The notes under the pieces: model-generated | Database searches by the model: none | Seen by the model: only the letters and a program-made list of their open reading frames with translations | Told to the model about the DNA's origin: nothing | Shown: piece after piece, positions 17,647 to 26,198 of the stretch | Numbering within the stretch: the first letter of the stretch is position 1 | How the letters are laid out: each line of letters opens with the position of its first letter | Source: Patescibacteria group bacterium | Lineage (GTDB): Bacteria > Patescibacteriota > Minisyncoccia > Minisyncoccales > Staskawiczbacteraceae | Assembly (NCBI GenBank): GCA_018829965.1 | Contig: JAHJTG010000016.1 | Coordinates: forward strand, 93,537-157,536 | Reading direction: 5' to 3' | Length of the DNA: 64,000 nucleotides | Position numbers and translations under genes: made by a program

Positions 17647-18135
17647 TTATTCTTGCATAGTGTGAGTCAATAAATCTAATGGATATCTTTTGCCTGAAAA
17701 ATAATCTTTAACCATTTGTTTTATATCCATATCCCTAAGAGTCTTGGAATCCATCGCCTCTATTTCTTCAGGGGTGAACCATTTTGTCTCTGAAACATCA
17801 TCGGCAAGATCAGCAACCCTTTTATCAGAAATTGTACCAATGAAAATAATTTTTACAGGATGATGAATTTGCCCTAATTGCTTTTCTAAATCTTTTCTAA
17901 TAAGAGAATATATTCCTAAGATATGAATTGGAGTAAAAGAAAAACCCGTTTCTTCTTCTATTTCTCTTAATACCCCCGTTGGATCTTCACCTACTTCAAT
18001 CCATCCTGCTGGATGATTCCATTTTCCCTCATCTGGTCCCTTTTTTTGAGATTCTTTAACTAAAAGAATTTTACCATCTCTTTCAATAATAGCTCCCACT
18101 ACTCCAAATGTTTGTGTAAAAACTCTATTTGCCAT
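17647..18135 (-). CDS. NUDIX hydrolase
   Basis: Canonical Nudix box GWIEVGEDPTGVLREIEEETG. Confidence 0.85.
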   Translation of the reverse strand: MANRVFTQTFGVVGAIIERDGKILLVKESQKKGPDEGKWNHPAGWIEVGEDPTGVLREIEEETGFSFTPIHILGIYSLIRKDLEKQLGQIHHPVKIIFIGTISDKRVADLADDVSETKWFTPEEIEAMDSKTLRDMDIKQMVKDYFSGKRYPLDLLTHTMQE

Positions 18136-18139
18136 AAAT

Positions 18140-20779
18140 TTATATATCTAAGTTCTTTACCGTCTTTGCATGAGTCTGGATAAATTTCTTTCTTGGCTCT
18201 ACCTCTTCGCCCATTAAAATATCAAAAATTTTATCTGCCTCTCTGGCGGTATCAATTGTAACCCTTAATAATAATCTATTTTGAGGATTCATTGTTGTCT
18301 CCCAAAGCTGTATTGAATCCATTTCTCCCAAACCTTTATATCGTTGGATAGAAATACTTTGATTTTTATTAACTGTTTTCAAAAGCTTCTCTTTTTGTTC
18401 GTCGTTATAGACATGCTTTATTTCTCTGCCAATCTGTATTTTATAAAGCGGTGGCTGAGCGATATAAATATATCCAGCGTCAACCAATGGTCTGAAGTGA
18501 CGATAGAAAAGAGTTAAAAGTAATGTCCTAATATGGGCGCCATCAACATCAGCATCAGTCATAATAATAACTCTATGATATCTTAGTTTTTCTATATTAA
18601 AATCTTCGCCAATCGCTGTCCCTAGAGCAATAACCAAAGCTCTTATCTCTTTTGAATCCAACATTTTGTCCAAACGAGCCCTTTCCACATTTAGAATCTT
18701 GCCTCGTAAAGGTAAAATCGCTTGAAAATGCCGGTCTCTTGCTTGTTTTGCGCTATTATGAACAAAAACCCCCGATGCCAATGCAAAGTTATGAGTATTC
18801 TTAACTTCTAAATCATAAACATCTACCCTTTCTTTCAATTTAACTATTCTTTTAATTTTATGGTTATAGCTTGAAACTGTTTGTTCTAATACTCTTTCTT
18901 TTCTAAAACATTCTTTATGAAAAGGCATTAAAGAATCTTCTGTTTTTAAGTCTTTTGCCATTTTGTAATTTCCGCCCCTCAACATAAACTTGTGATCTGG
19001 CGTACAAATCATCTCTTCGTCATTATCTAAAACAACTTTAATAACTTCTGCGTTTTCTTTTGTTTTTCTTGGATTATCAATTGGCTCGATTCCAACACTA
19101 CCGTCATTTTTAATTGTATAACAATAATTCTTCTTTCCTTGTTTATGTTCTTCAACCAAATTTTCAAAAGATAAGTTTCTTCCATCAGCTAAAGCAACTT
19201 CAGTTTTTCCAAACCAACAACCACCGGCACTCTCTCCTTCGACGATATACAATTCTGATTCTTCTGGTTTTCTTGAAAGACAATCTGCAAGTTTTCCAGG
19301 CAACGCTAATCCTTCTAATACTCCTTTTCTTAAAACTGTCTGACGAGCGCTTTTTGCCGCTTGCCTGGCTTTTGCCGCCAATAAACAGTTTTCAACAATT
19401 CCTTTAGCATCTGATGGGTAACGTTCTAAATAATCGCTTAAACCTTCTGCCACAGCTGTCTCTACGGCGTTTTTGGCTTCTGGGTTTCCTAATTTTGCTT
19501 TTGTCTGGCCCTCAAATTGAGGATTCCTTATTTTTACAGAAATTACTGAAGTTAATCCTTCTCTTACGTCTTCACCTGAAAGATTTTCATCTTTTTCTTT
19601 TAAGTATCCTTCCCTTCTAGCATAATCATTTAATGACCTCGTTAAAGCCGCCCTAAAACCAGTTAAATGAGTGCCTCCTTCTGGAGTATAGATATTATTG
19701 GCAAAACTTTCTTCAATGCATTCCATCTCTTGGGTATATTGAAAAGCTGCTTCAACTGCGATTTCGTTTTTTGTAGTAGCTATGCTGAAAACATTAGGAT
19801 TTCTTGGTGTATTCCCAGTAGTTAAATATTTTACGTAAGAAGCCACTCCCCCTTCAAAATAAAAGGCGTAGCTAAATTTCTCTTTAGAATTTCTTTCATC
19901 TGAAAAAGAAATCCTAACCCCCTTAGTAAGATAAGCCTGTTGGCGTAAATGATTTAGAATCTTCTTAGAATCAAATTTTATCTCTTTAAAAATATCTGGA
20001 TCTGCTTGGAAAGTAACAGTGGTTCCTGTCTTTCTGCAAGCTCCTATTTTTTTAACCGGAGACTTTACATCACCCTTAGCATATTCCTGCATATACAAAC
20101 CGCCATCTCTGCAAACTTCTGCTCTCATTTGAATAGACAATGCGCAAACAACAGAAACGCCGACACCATGCAAGCCTCCAGATACCTGATATGCTTTACT
20201 ACCAAATTTACCACCAGCATGTAAAACCGTCATTACAGTTTCTAATGCTGATTTTTTAGTTTGAGAATGTTTTTCTACTGGAATGCCTCTGCCATCATCA
20301 GAGACTTTAACCAAATTGTCTTGCAAAAGAGAAACCTCTATATTTTTACAATGACCAGCCATCGCTTCATCCAAGCTATTATCAATAACCTCCCAAATTA
20401 AATGATGAAGACCATCCAAACCAGTTGAGCCAATATACATTGCTGGTCTTTTTCTTACCGCCTCAAGACCTTTTAAAACATAAATATCTTTAGCTGTGTA
20501 TTCGTCCTTTCCTGTTTTTTCTTTTAAAGGCTTCTCGTCTCTCACTGTCTCAATAACCTCTTTTTCTACTTTAGTTTGTCTTGTTTTAGTTTTAATAGAT
20601 TCAACCTTAGTCGGTTTAACTTTAGCCACAACAGCTTTCTTGACTATTTTTTCAGCTTTTGGTTTCTTCTTTCCCTCACCTGCAACGCTATGCCAGCCCG
20701 CAGTAGATACAGCGTTTCTGGCGGGCGAAACATTGCGGGCAGGTTCTTTTATCTCTCTTATTTTTATTTTTATAGCCAT
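18140..20779 (-). CDS. gyrB: DNA gyrase subunit B, interrupted by a mini-intein. The long Lys-rich 5' extension is of uncertain translation.
   Basis: VLKGLEAVRKRPAMYIG, GGLHGVG, EGESAGG|intein|SAKQARDR, Toprim and C-terminal motifs. Possible alternative GTG start at 20545. Confidence 0.9.
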   Translation of the reverse strand: MAIKIKIREIKEPARNVSPARNAVSTAGWHSVAGEGKKKPKAEKIVKKAVVAKVKPTKVESIKTKTRQTKVEKEVIETVRDEKPLKEKTGKDEYTAKDIYVLKGLEAVRKRPAMYIGSTGLDGLHHLIWEVIDNSLDEAMAGHCKNIEVSLLQDNLVKVSDDGRGIPVEKHSQTKKSALETVMTVLHAGGKFGSKAYQVSGGLHGVGVSVVCALSIQMRAEVCRDGGLYMQEYAKGDVKSPVKKIGACRKTGTTVTFQADPDIFKEIKFDSKKILNHLRQQAYLTKGVRISFSDERNSKEKFSYAFYFEGGVASYVKYLTTGNTPRNPNVFSIATTKNEIAVEAAFQYTQEMECIEESFANNIYTPEGGTHLTGFRAALTRSLNDYARREGYLKEKDENLSGEDVREGLTSVISVKIRNPQFEGQTKAKLGNPEAKNAVETAVAEGLSDYLERYPSDAKGIVENCLLAAKARQAAKSARQTVLRKGVLEGLALPGKLADCLSRKPEESELYIVEGESAGGCWFGKTEVALADGRNLSFENLVEEHKQGKKNYCYTIKNDGSVGIEPIDNPRKTKENAEVIKVVLDNDEEMICTPDHKFMLRGGNYKMAKDLKTEDSLMPFHKECFRKERVLEQTVSSYNHKIKRIVKLKERVDVYDLEVKNTHNFALASGVFVHNSAKQARDRHFQAILPLRGKILNVERARLDKMLDSKEIRALVIALGTAIGEDFNIEKLRYHRVIIMTDADVDGAHIRTLLLTLFYRHFRPLVDAGYIYIAQPPLYKIQIGREIKHVYNDEQKEKLLKTVNKNQSISIQRYKGLGEMDSIQLWETTMNPQNRLLLRVTIDTAREADKIFDILMGEEVEPRKKFIQTHAKTVKNLDI
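18755..19219 (-). mobile_element. Mini-intein (155 aa, no endonuclease domain) in the GyrB EGDSAGG-SAKQGRD site
   Basis: Starts CWFGKTEV (Cys1), block B TPDH, ends GVFVHN followed by Ser+1. The exteins rejoin to the conserved EGESAGGSAKQARDR. Confidence 0.85.
20676..20742. repeat. GC-rich palindromic element type B (core tgccagcccgcagtagatacagcgtttctggcgggcg)
   Basis: The 37-bp core at 20691-20727 is 35/37 identical to 53807-53843. Outer stem acctgc/gcaggt. Confidence 0.75.
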
Positions 20780-20842
20780 ATTTACTTTAATAATTTTTAA
20801 TTTTTAATTTTTAATGATTAAATTTTGAAAACTATTTAGACA

Positions 20843-22048
20843 TTAACGCAATGTAGCTCCCAAGTCCTGTTTAGTCTTTTCCCTAATTTCTTCTTGAATT
20901 TTATTTATCTCTTCATTTGTCAGCGTTCTTTCTGGCGAACGATAAACAATCCTGAACGTATAGCTCTTCTTGTCTTTTCCAAACTTACTTTCATCTTCGT
21001 ATTCGTCAATTAATTTCACCTCTTCAATAATTCCAACATTTGAATTTTCTGTCCCGACGGCTCTGCCGTCGAGGATCCTCGATGACGAAGTCATCGGGAC
21101 AAAATCTCTTACAATTTCGTAATAATTATTCAAATTTATATTTTTGTCTATCACAAAAGAAATATCTCTTGAGGTTTCCGGATACTTGCTTACTTCTTTA
21201 TACTTGCTATTAATATCTTTAAATTGGCTGGTAATTCTTAGGTCATCCGACCAAAGAACTCTAATATCTGGTATTCCCATTTTTACCATTGCTAACCTAT
21301 CTATCCCGAAGCCGAAAGCCCAGCCATTGTAAACTTCCGGATCTAAACCAAAATTCTTCAAAACCTGCTTATGAACAAGTCCCGACCCAACAACTTCCAT
21401 CCATTGCTCACCCAACTTAATATCCATCTCTACTGACGGATCCGTAAAAGGGAAAGAGTCAACGATAAACTTATGCTCAACCTTTTCTCCAAAGATACTT
21501 TTTCCGATATCGGCTAAAATATCTTTCAAATCTTCTAGGGTGATAACTTTTTGGTCTTTTTTGCAAATATATAGTCCGTCTATTTGATGAAAGGCAGGAA
21601 AATGATTTTTATCAATTTCATCTTTGCGGAAAACTATTCCAGTTGATAAAGCCCCAACACTCCCCTTTTCTTTTAATCTTTTAAAAATCTCAGGATCTCT
21701 TAAATAAAAAGGCCACATAACTGTTGTCTGCGTTCTTAAAACATATTCGTCTGTAAGGTAATAGGTATCTGTTTCTCTGCGACTCGGGTGGCCTTCTGGA
21801 GTATTTAAAACATCGAAGTTCTCTTCTAATGTAACCACTCTAGGAAAATCGACTAAATCAAAATCAGCAAATCTTGACAATTTTATTATCTGATTAGCTA
21901 AAATCTTTACAGGAGAATTCTGCTTCTTTGTAAGGTCAGGAAGGTTTAATAATTTTTTGATTCTCTCTGCTTTAATATCTTTCCTCTTCCCCAACTCCTC
22001 AATAATAGCGCCTTCTTTAGAGTTTTCTATTACGATATTTTTACGCAT
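20843..22048 (-). CDS. pheS: Phenylalanine--tRNA ligase, apparent single-chain type: PheS catalytic core fused to a C-terminal FDX-ACB (anticodon-binding) domain
   Basis: Motif 2 FRKDEIDKNHFPAFHQIDG. Motif 3 GWAFGFGIDRLAMVKMGIPDIRVLWSDDLR. C-terminus YPETSRDISFVI...KSYTFRIVYRSPERTLTNEEIN. Confidence 0.85.
   Translation of the reverse strand: MRKNIVIENSKEGAIIEELGKRKDIKAERIKKLLNLPDLTKKQNSPVKILANQIIKLSRFADFDLVDFPRVVTLEENFDVLNTPEGHPSRRETDTYYLTDEYVLRTQTTVMWPFYLRDPEIFKRLKEKGSVGALSTGIVFRKDEIDKNHFPAFHQIDGLYICKKDQKVITLEDLKDILADIGKSIFGEKVEHKFIVDSFPFTDPSVEMDIKLGEQWMEVVGSGLVHKQVLKNFGLDPEVYNGWAFGFGIDRLAMVKMGIPDIRVLWSDDLRITSQFKDINSKYKEVSKYPETSRDISFVIDKNINLNNYYEIVRDFVPMTSSSRILDGRAVGTENSNVGIIEEVKLIDEYEDESKFGKDKKSYTFRIVYRSPERTLTNEEINKIQEEIREKTKQDLGATLR
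21051..21100. repeat. GC-rich palindromic element type A, in frame inside pheS
   Basis: gtcccga-cggctctgccg-tcgaggatcctcga-tgacgaagtca-tcgggac. Translated VPMTSSSRILDGRAVGT. Confidence 0.8.
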
Positions 22049-22146
22049 ATTGTTTAAAAAATATAATCCAAATAGTACAAGGATTACTCTCTTATTTTAC
22101 CCTAAAAACAAACAATAATCAACGCTTTTTTGTGGAAAACTTTGTA

Positions 22147-22176
22147 ATAAAAAGGGCAGATTTTTAGGTCTGCCCT
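22147..22176 (-). terminator. Rho-independent terminator
   Basis: Minus strand reads agggcaga-cctaaaaa-tctgccct followed by a T-run. Lies downstream of the 22209 stop. Confidence 0.7.
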
Positions 22177-22208
22177 ATATCTCGGAGTTTTAAAATCTCG
22201 TTTTAGAC

Positions 22209-22881
22209 TTAATTCACAAAAGCAGGCTGTATATAAAGACGAGAAGGCGTAATACTTTGGTTATTTACCTCGTTGGCATCAATCCATTTAAGAACTGGCC
22301 CACTAGCATCAAGACACAAACTCACAATTTTGTTTTGCATACTACGCCGAGACCAAACTGCGTTTATAGAATACTGTGAAAGCACATTAGTGTAAATACC
22401 GAAAGAAATAACCTCGGCAACTGTAAGACATCTATGATTCATATTTCTGTTAAAAGCTTCTGCTGCACACGGAGTAAAATTAAGAACATCTTCACCGTTC
22501 TTTATGCCGATAATCCAATAACAAGCGGTAAAAAACCCTTCCAAAATCTTGATCTTGTATCTCATCCGGATCAATCTCGCATCTGCCAATTTTTCCGTTA
22601 CATTCAATTAATTGCGCTTGTACGGAAACGCCTAAAATGTTTTTTGGAATAATTGGCAAAAGAAGGGGCGTCTGTTCTTGCAAAATCGGTGTATTCATAA
22701 CTACTCCGATAGCACTTTCACGACTTTGTTCTAAGCTCTTAAAAATCGCGTCGGCTTTCTTTTGTTCAATTATCTTGCTGGTATGCTGTCTTTCGAATAT
22801 AACGGCCAAACGACCTAATTGGTGTGCGGTTAAAGCATACAACTTGTTCTTTGTTTCATATCTTTTATTTTTATCAATCAC
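22209..22881 (-). pseudogene. Hypothetical gene split into two overlapping frames at a T6 homopolymer (frameshift, or a sequencing or slippage artefact)
   Basis: ORFs 22492-22881 and 22209-22607 overlap by 116 nt. The frames can be joined by a +1 shift at gggttttttacc (22530-22535). Strong SD aaggagg before the GTG at 22881. Confidence 0.5.
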
Positions 22882-23126
22882 TGGAATTCCTCCTTATTTT
22901 AAAAGAACTTATTATTGCTATTTTTTATAACTAAACCAGAACCCTTCTGGAATTTGTTATTATATAATAATGTTTTCGAAAATGCAAAAACCTGTATGAT
23001 GCCACTTACTAGTGGTTTTCTGTAGCTCAAATTTATATATTATGCGCCCCTTACTGTGTGCGTTTAGAACACTAAACTGGGATTTAATGAAGGTTGAGAT
23101 GGATATAGTTTGAGCTTTATTTAGAT

Positions 23127-25817
23127 TCACCCCACCCTGCGACTCAATATAGTTTTTGTAACAAAAATCCTCTTTTTGAAAAATTCAATCAATGAAATTT
23201 CTATCAAACTGACGCTAAAAATGGCTAACCATTCCATTATGCTTAACGGCTGGGTGGCTAAAAGTTTTTGCAGCGGCGGAAGATAGATGCTGGAAAAAAG
23301 CAAAACGAATCCAATAATAACACCGCCAACCAAGTAGCGGTTAGAAAATATGTCTTTCCTAAAGATGGTTCTTTGAAACGAGCGGACTGAAAAAGCGAGG
23401 ATAAGAGAAGCGACGCACATAAACGCAAAAACCATTGTTCGTGTTTTATCAAGGTCTTCAGTAAACTTCCAGAAAAAAATAAAAAATAGGAACGCATTTA
23501 TCCCAGTAATAAAGAAAATGGTGGTCATCCAGCGTTTCATATCCTTATTTAGTATCGGTTCTTTAGGATTCCTTGGTTTCTCGTCCATCAATCCTTTGGT
23601 CTCTTGTTCTGTGGTAAGGGCAATATCTGGAAATCCGCTTTCAACAAGGTTTATCCAAAGAATCTGGGCTGGCAATAATGGAAGCGGAAGCCCCATTGCC
23701 ATACTTACCAAAAATAAAAATAGTTCTGAAAAATCATTTACTACAAGATAAACAAACACTTTACGAATGTTTCCGAAAATCACCCTGCCTTGCTCAATGG
23801 CTTTTAATATCGTTTTGAAATTGTCGTCCAATAATATCAAATCGGCCACTTCTTTTGCCACATCTGTGCCAGAACCAACGGCAACCCCAATATCGGCTAA
23901 TTTAAGGGCTGGAGCGTCATTAACGCCATCACCAAGCATTGCCACCACCTCTCCATTAGCTTGAAGGACGCTAACAATTCTTAATTTATGGCGTGGGGAT
24001 ACACGGGCGTAAATAGAGATAGTCTTTGCTTTTTCTTTTAACTCGTCATCGCTTATTGTCTCCAAATCCTTACCCTCAATTATGTTATCGTCTTCTGCCC
24101 CAAGACCAATCTCTTCAGCAACGGCTTTAGCGGTAAATTTATGGTCTCCCGTAACAATAACTGTGCGGATACCAGCCTTTTTAGTGATTAAAATTGATTC
24201 CTTGGCGTCTTGACGAAGCGGGTCTTTAAGAGCGATAAAACTAACAAGTGAAAGGCCATTAACTAATTCTGTAAGATTTTGATATTTTGTTTTGGAATCG
24301 TAATCCCTATGGGCACAAGCAAGAACACGTAATCCTTTCTGTGTGAGCGTTTCTAATTTCTTTATTAATTTATTCACTTGAGCCGTACCTAATTTATCCG
24401 TTCTGCCATCAACATCCAAATCAACAGAACGAGCAATAATCTCCTCTGGCGCTCCGACAACATAAAGCATATTTTGCTTCTCGTCTTTGCGATGAAAAGT
24501 GGCGGCAAATTTGTAATCCGATTCAAAGCTGATTCTATCCAATATGGGATATTGCTCTTCCAGTTCTTTTTTATTCAAACCCAACTGCATTCCTGCCAGA
24601 AGCAATGCCTGTTCGGTTGGTCTGCCTCGCACCACCCATTTTTCCAATTCCGCCTCTGGGTTTTCCACAAAGGCTTCGTTTGTCAAAATGGCGATTTTTA
24701 ACGCCAAGAGATGTGATTCAACGCCATTAATATTTTTGTCTTTAGCGAGCCCTCTAATGTTGCCTCCCATCAGTTCTTTTGTGCTCGTCAAAATATGGCT
24801 TACCTGCATTTTTCCTTCGGTAAGAGTACCCGTTTTATCAGTGCAAATGACAGTTACGCTTCCCAAAGTCTCTGTGGCGGCAAGTTTTCTTACCAGACCG
24901 CCCTGTTTGAAAATACGCCTCATCCCTAAAACTAATATAACTGTAATAGCTGGAAGCAATCCTTCGGGTATCGCTGAAACTGCAAGGGCAAGGGAGGCTA
25001 TAAAAACATCTATAAAATTCTTTTCAGTAAAATAACCCTCAATGATGATAATGGCGATTATAGACAGAATGAAAATGCTAAGCCACCCTGAGAGAGTTAC
25101 AATTTTCCGTTGCAGAGGAGTTTTGCGTTCTTTTGTTTCTTTAAGAAGCGACACAACTTCTCCGATTTGCGTATTAATTCCAGTAGCGATAATTACTATT
25201 GTAGCTCGTCCTTCCTCTACAATCGTACTCATAAAAACCGTATTCGTTCTTTCGGAAAGCGACGCTGATTCAGAAAGGTTATCACCAGCCTTTTTTTCAA
25301 CCGCCAACCATTCTCCCGTAAGGCTCGCTTCATCTATCTTTAAGTTTTTTGATTCAATAATGCGTCCATCTGCTGGCACTTTATCTCCTGATTTTAGAAA
25401 CACCACATCTCCAACAACTAATTCCTCGCTGTCTATTTCTTTTTCATAGCCATTCCGCAAAACTTTCGTCCTCACTTTTACCATTTTCTTTAGAGCGAGA
25501 AGCGACTGATTGGCTTTATTTTCTTGATAAAATCCGACAGTAGTGTTAATAAGCAACACAATAATAATAAAGATGGAGTCTGAATAGTGCTTCAATAGAA
25601 AAGAAACAACAACGGTCGCAAGCAAAATATACATTAATGGACCGTTGAACTGACTCAAAAACAGCCGCATCTTGGAATACGGTTTTTCTTGAGGGAGAGT
25701 ATTTCTTCCAAACCTTTTAAGTCTCTCCGCCGCCTCTTGGTTGGTGAGACCATCTTTTCTGCTTCCTGTTTCGACAAAAATTTTCTCTAATGAAATTGTG
25801 TGCCAATTTTTTTTCAT
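23127..25817 (-). CDS. P-type cation-transporting ATPase (type II, Ca2+/Mg2+-like)
   Basis: DKTGTLT phosphorylation site, TGDHKFTA, GDGVNDAPAL, about 10 TM helices. Start taken at MKKNWHTISLEKIF. Confidence 0.9.
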   Translation of the reverse strand: MKKNWHTISLEKIFVETGSRKDGLTNQEAAERLKRFGRNTLPQEKPYSKMRLFLSQFNGPLMYILLATVVVSFLLKHYSDSIFIIIVLLINTTVGFYQENKANQSLLALKKMVKVRTKVLRNGYEKEIDSEELVVGDVVFLKSGDKVPADGRIIESKNLKIDEASLTGEWLAVEKKAGDNLSESASLSERTNTVFMSTIVEEGRATIVIIATGINTQIGEVVSLLKETKERKTPLQRKIVTLSGWLSIFILSIIAIIIIEGYFTEKNFIDVFIASLALAVSAIPEGLLPAITVILVLGMRRIFKQGGLVRKLAATETLGSVTVICTDKTGTLTEGKMQVSHILTSTKELMGGNIRGLAKDKNINGVESHLLALKIAILTNEAFVENPEAELEKWVVRGRPTEQALLLAGMQLGLNKKELEEQYPILDRISFESDYKFAATFHRKDEKQNMLYVVGAPEEIIARSVDLDVDGRTDKLGTAQVNKLIKKLETLTQKGLRVLACAHRDYDSKTKYQNLTELVNGLSLVSFIALKDPLRQDAKESILITKKAGIRTVIVTGDHKFTAKAVAEEIGLGAEDDNIIEGKDLETISDDELKEKAKTISIYARVSPRHKLRIVSVLQANGEVVAMLGDGVNDAPALKLADIGVAVGSGTDVAKEVADLILLDDNFKTILKAIEQGRVIFGNIRKVFVYLVVNDFSELFLFLVSMAMGLPLPLLPAQILWINLVESGFPDIALTTEQETKGLMDEKPRNPKEPILNKDMKRWMTTIFFITGINAFLFFIFFWKFTEDLDKTRTMVFAFMCVASLILAFSVRSFQRTIFRKDIFSNRYLVGGVIIGFVLLFSSIYLPPLQKLLATQPLSIMEWLAIFSVSLIEISLIEFFKKRIFVTKTILSRRVG

Positions 25818-25834
25818 AACTAATTTAATTCTAA

Positions 25835-25866
25835 CAAAAAACCACCTCAATTAAAAGGTGGTTTTT
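25835..25866 (-). terminator. Strong stem-loop plus U-tract located 18 nt upstream of the ATPase start codon (leader terminator or attenuator candidate)
   Basis: Minus strand reads aaccacct-tttaattg-aggtggtt followed by TTTTTG. Confidence 0.55.
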
Positions 25867-25869
25867 AAC

Positions 25870-26035
25870 AACGCGCCCAGTGCTTTGCCCGTCCGTAGCT
25901 TTAGCGAAAGAGGGCTTTGTCCTGCCGTAGTTTTAACGAAGGCGGAGGACGCAGTTCCCTGCCCGCAATGCTAAAGCATAGCTTTTGCAGACGGGGAACT
26001 TGGTTTTGGGAAAACTTCCCAGTGGTAGAACCGAA
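25870..26035. repeat. Array of four GC-rich hairpins, two with the GCTAAAGCTACGG-type loop
   Basis: gcccgtccgtagctttagcgaaagagggc, gtcctgccgtagttttaacgaaggcggaggac, agttccct...ggggaact, gggaactt...aacttccc. Confidence 0.6.
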
Positions 26036-26198
26036 TATTGGCCTAAAATAAAAAGCCCTGACTCCATTTATTCTCGTAAATTGTGGCTGACCCCATTTAT
26101 TTCATTTATTGGAACCTTTTTTCTAAAATCTTGCTGGCTATACAAACATTGCCAATCAAATAAATTAAAGTATTACACAGAGACTTAACGATAAATTC

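Noticed and set aside
25870-26035. Assigning the ATPase leader to the M-box (Mg2+) or yybP-ykoY (Mn2+) riboswitch class.
   Set aside because: Only a short GCUAAAGCU-ACG word resembles part of an M-box sequence I remember. The same word is a dispersed repeat here (rnpB, tRNA scar). The GGGGAGUAG-type yybP core is absent.
25985-26188. ORF 25985-26188 (plus strand, 67 aa) in the mscS-ATPase spacer.
   Set aside because: It starts inside the GC-hairpin array, has no ribosome-binding site, and is oriented against all neighbours. It is probably non-coding.
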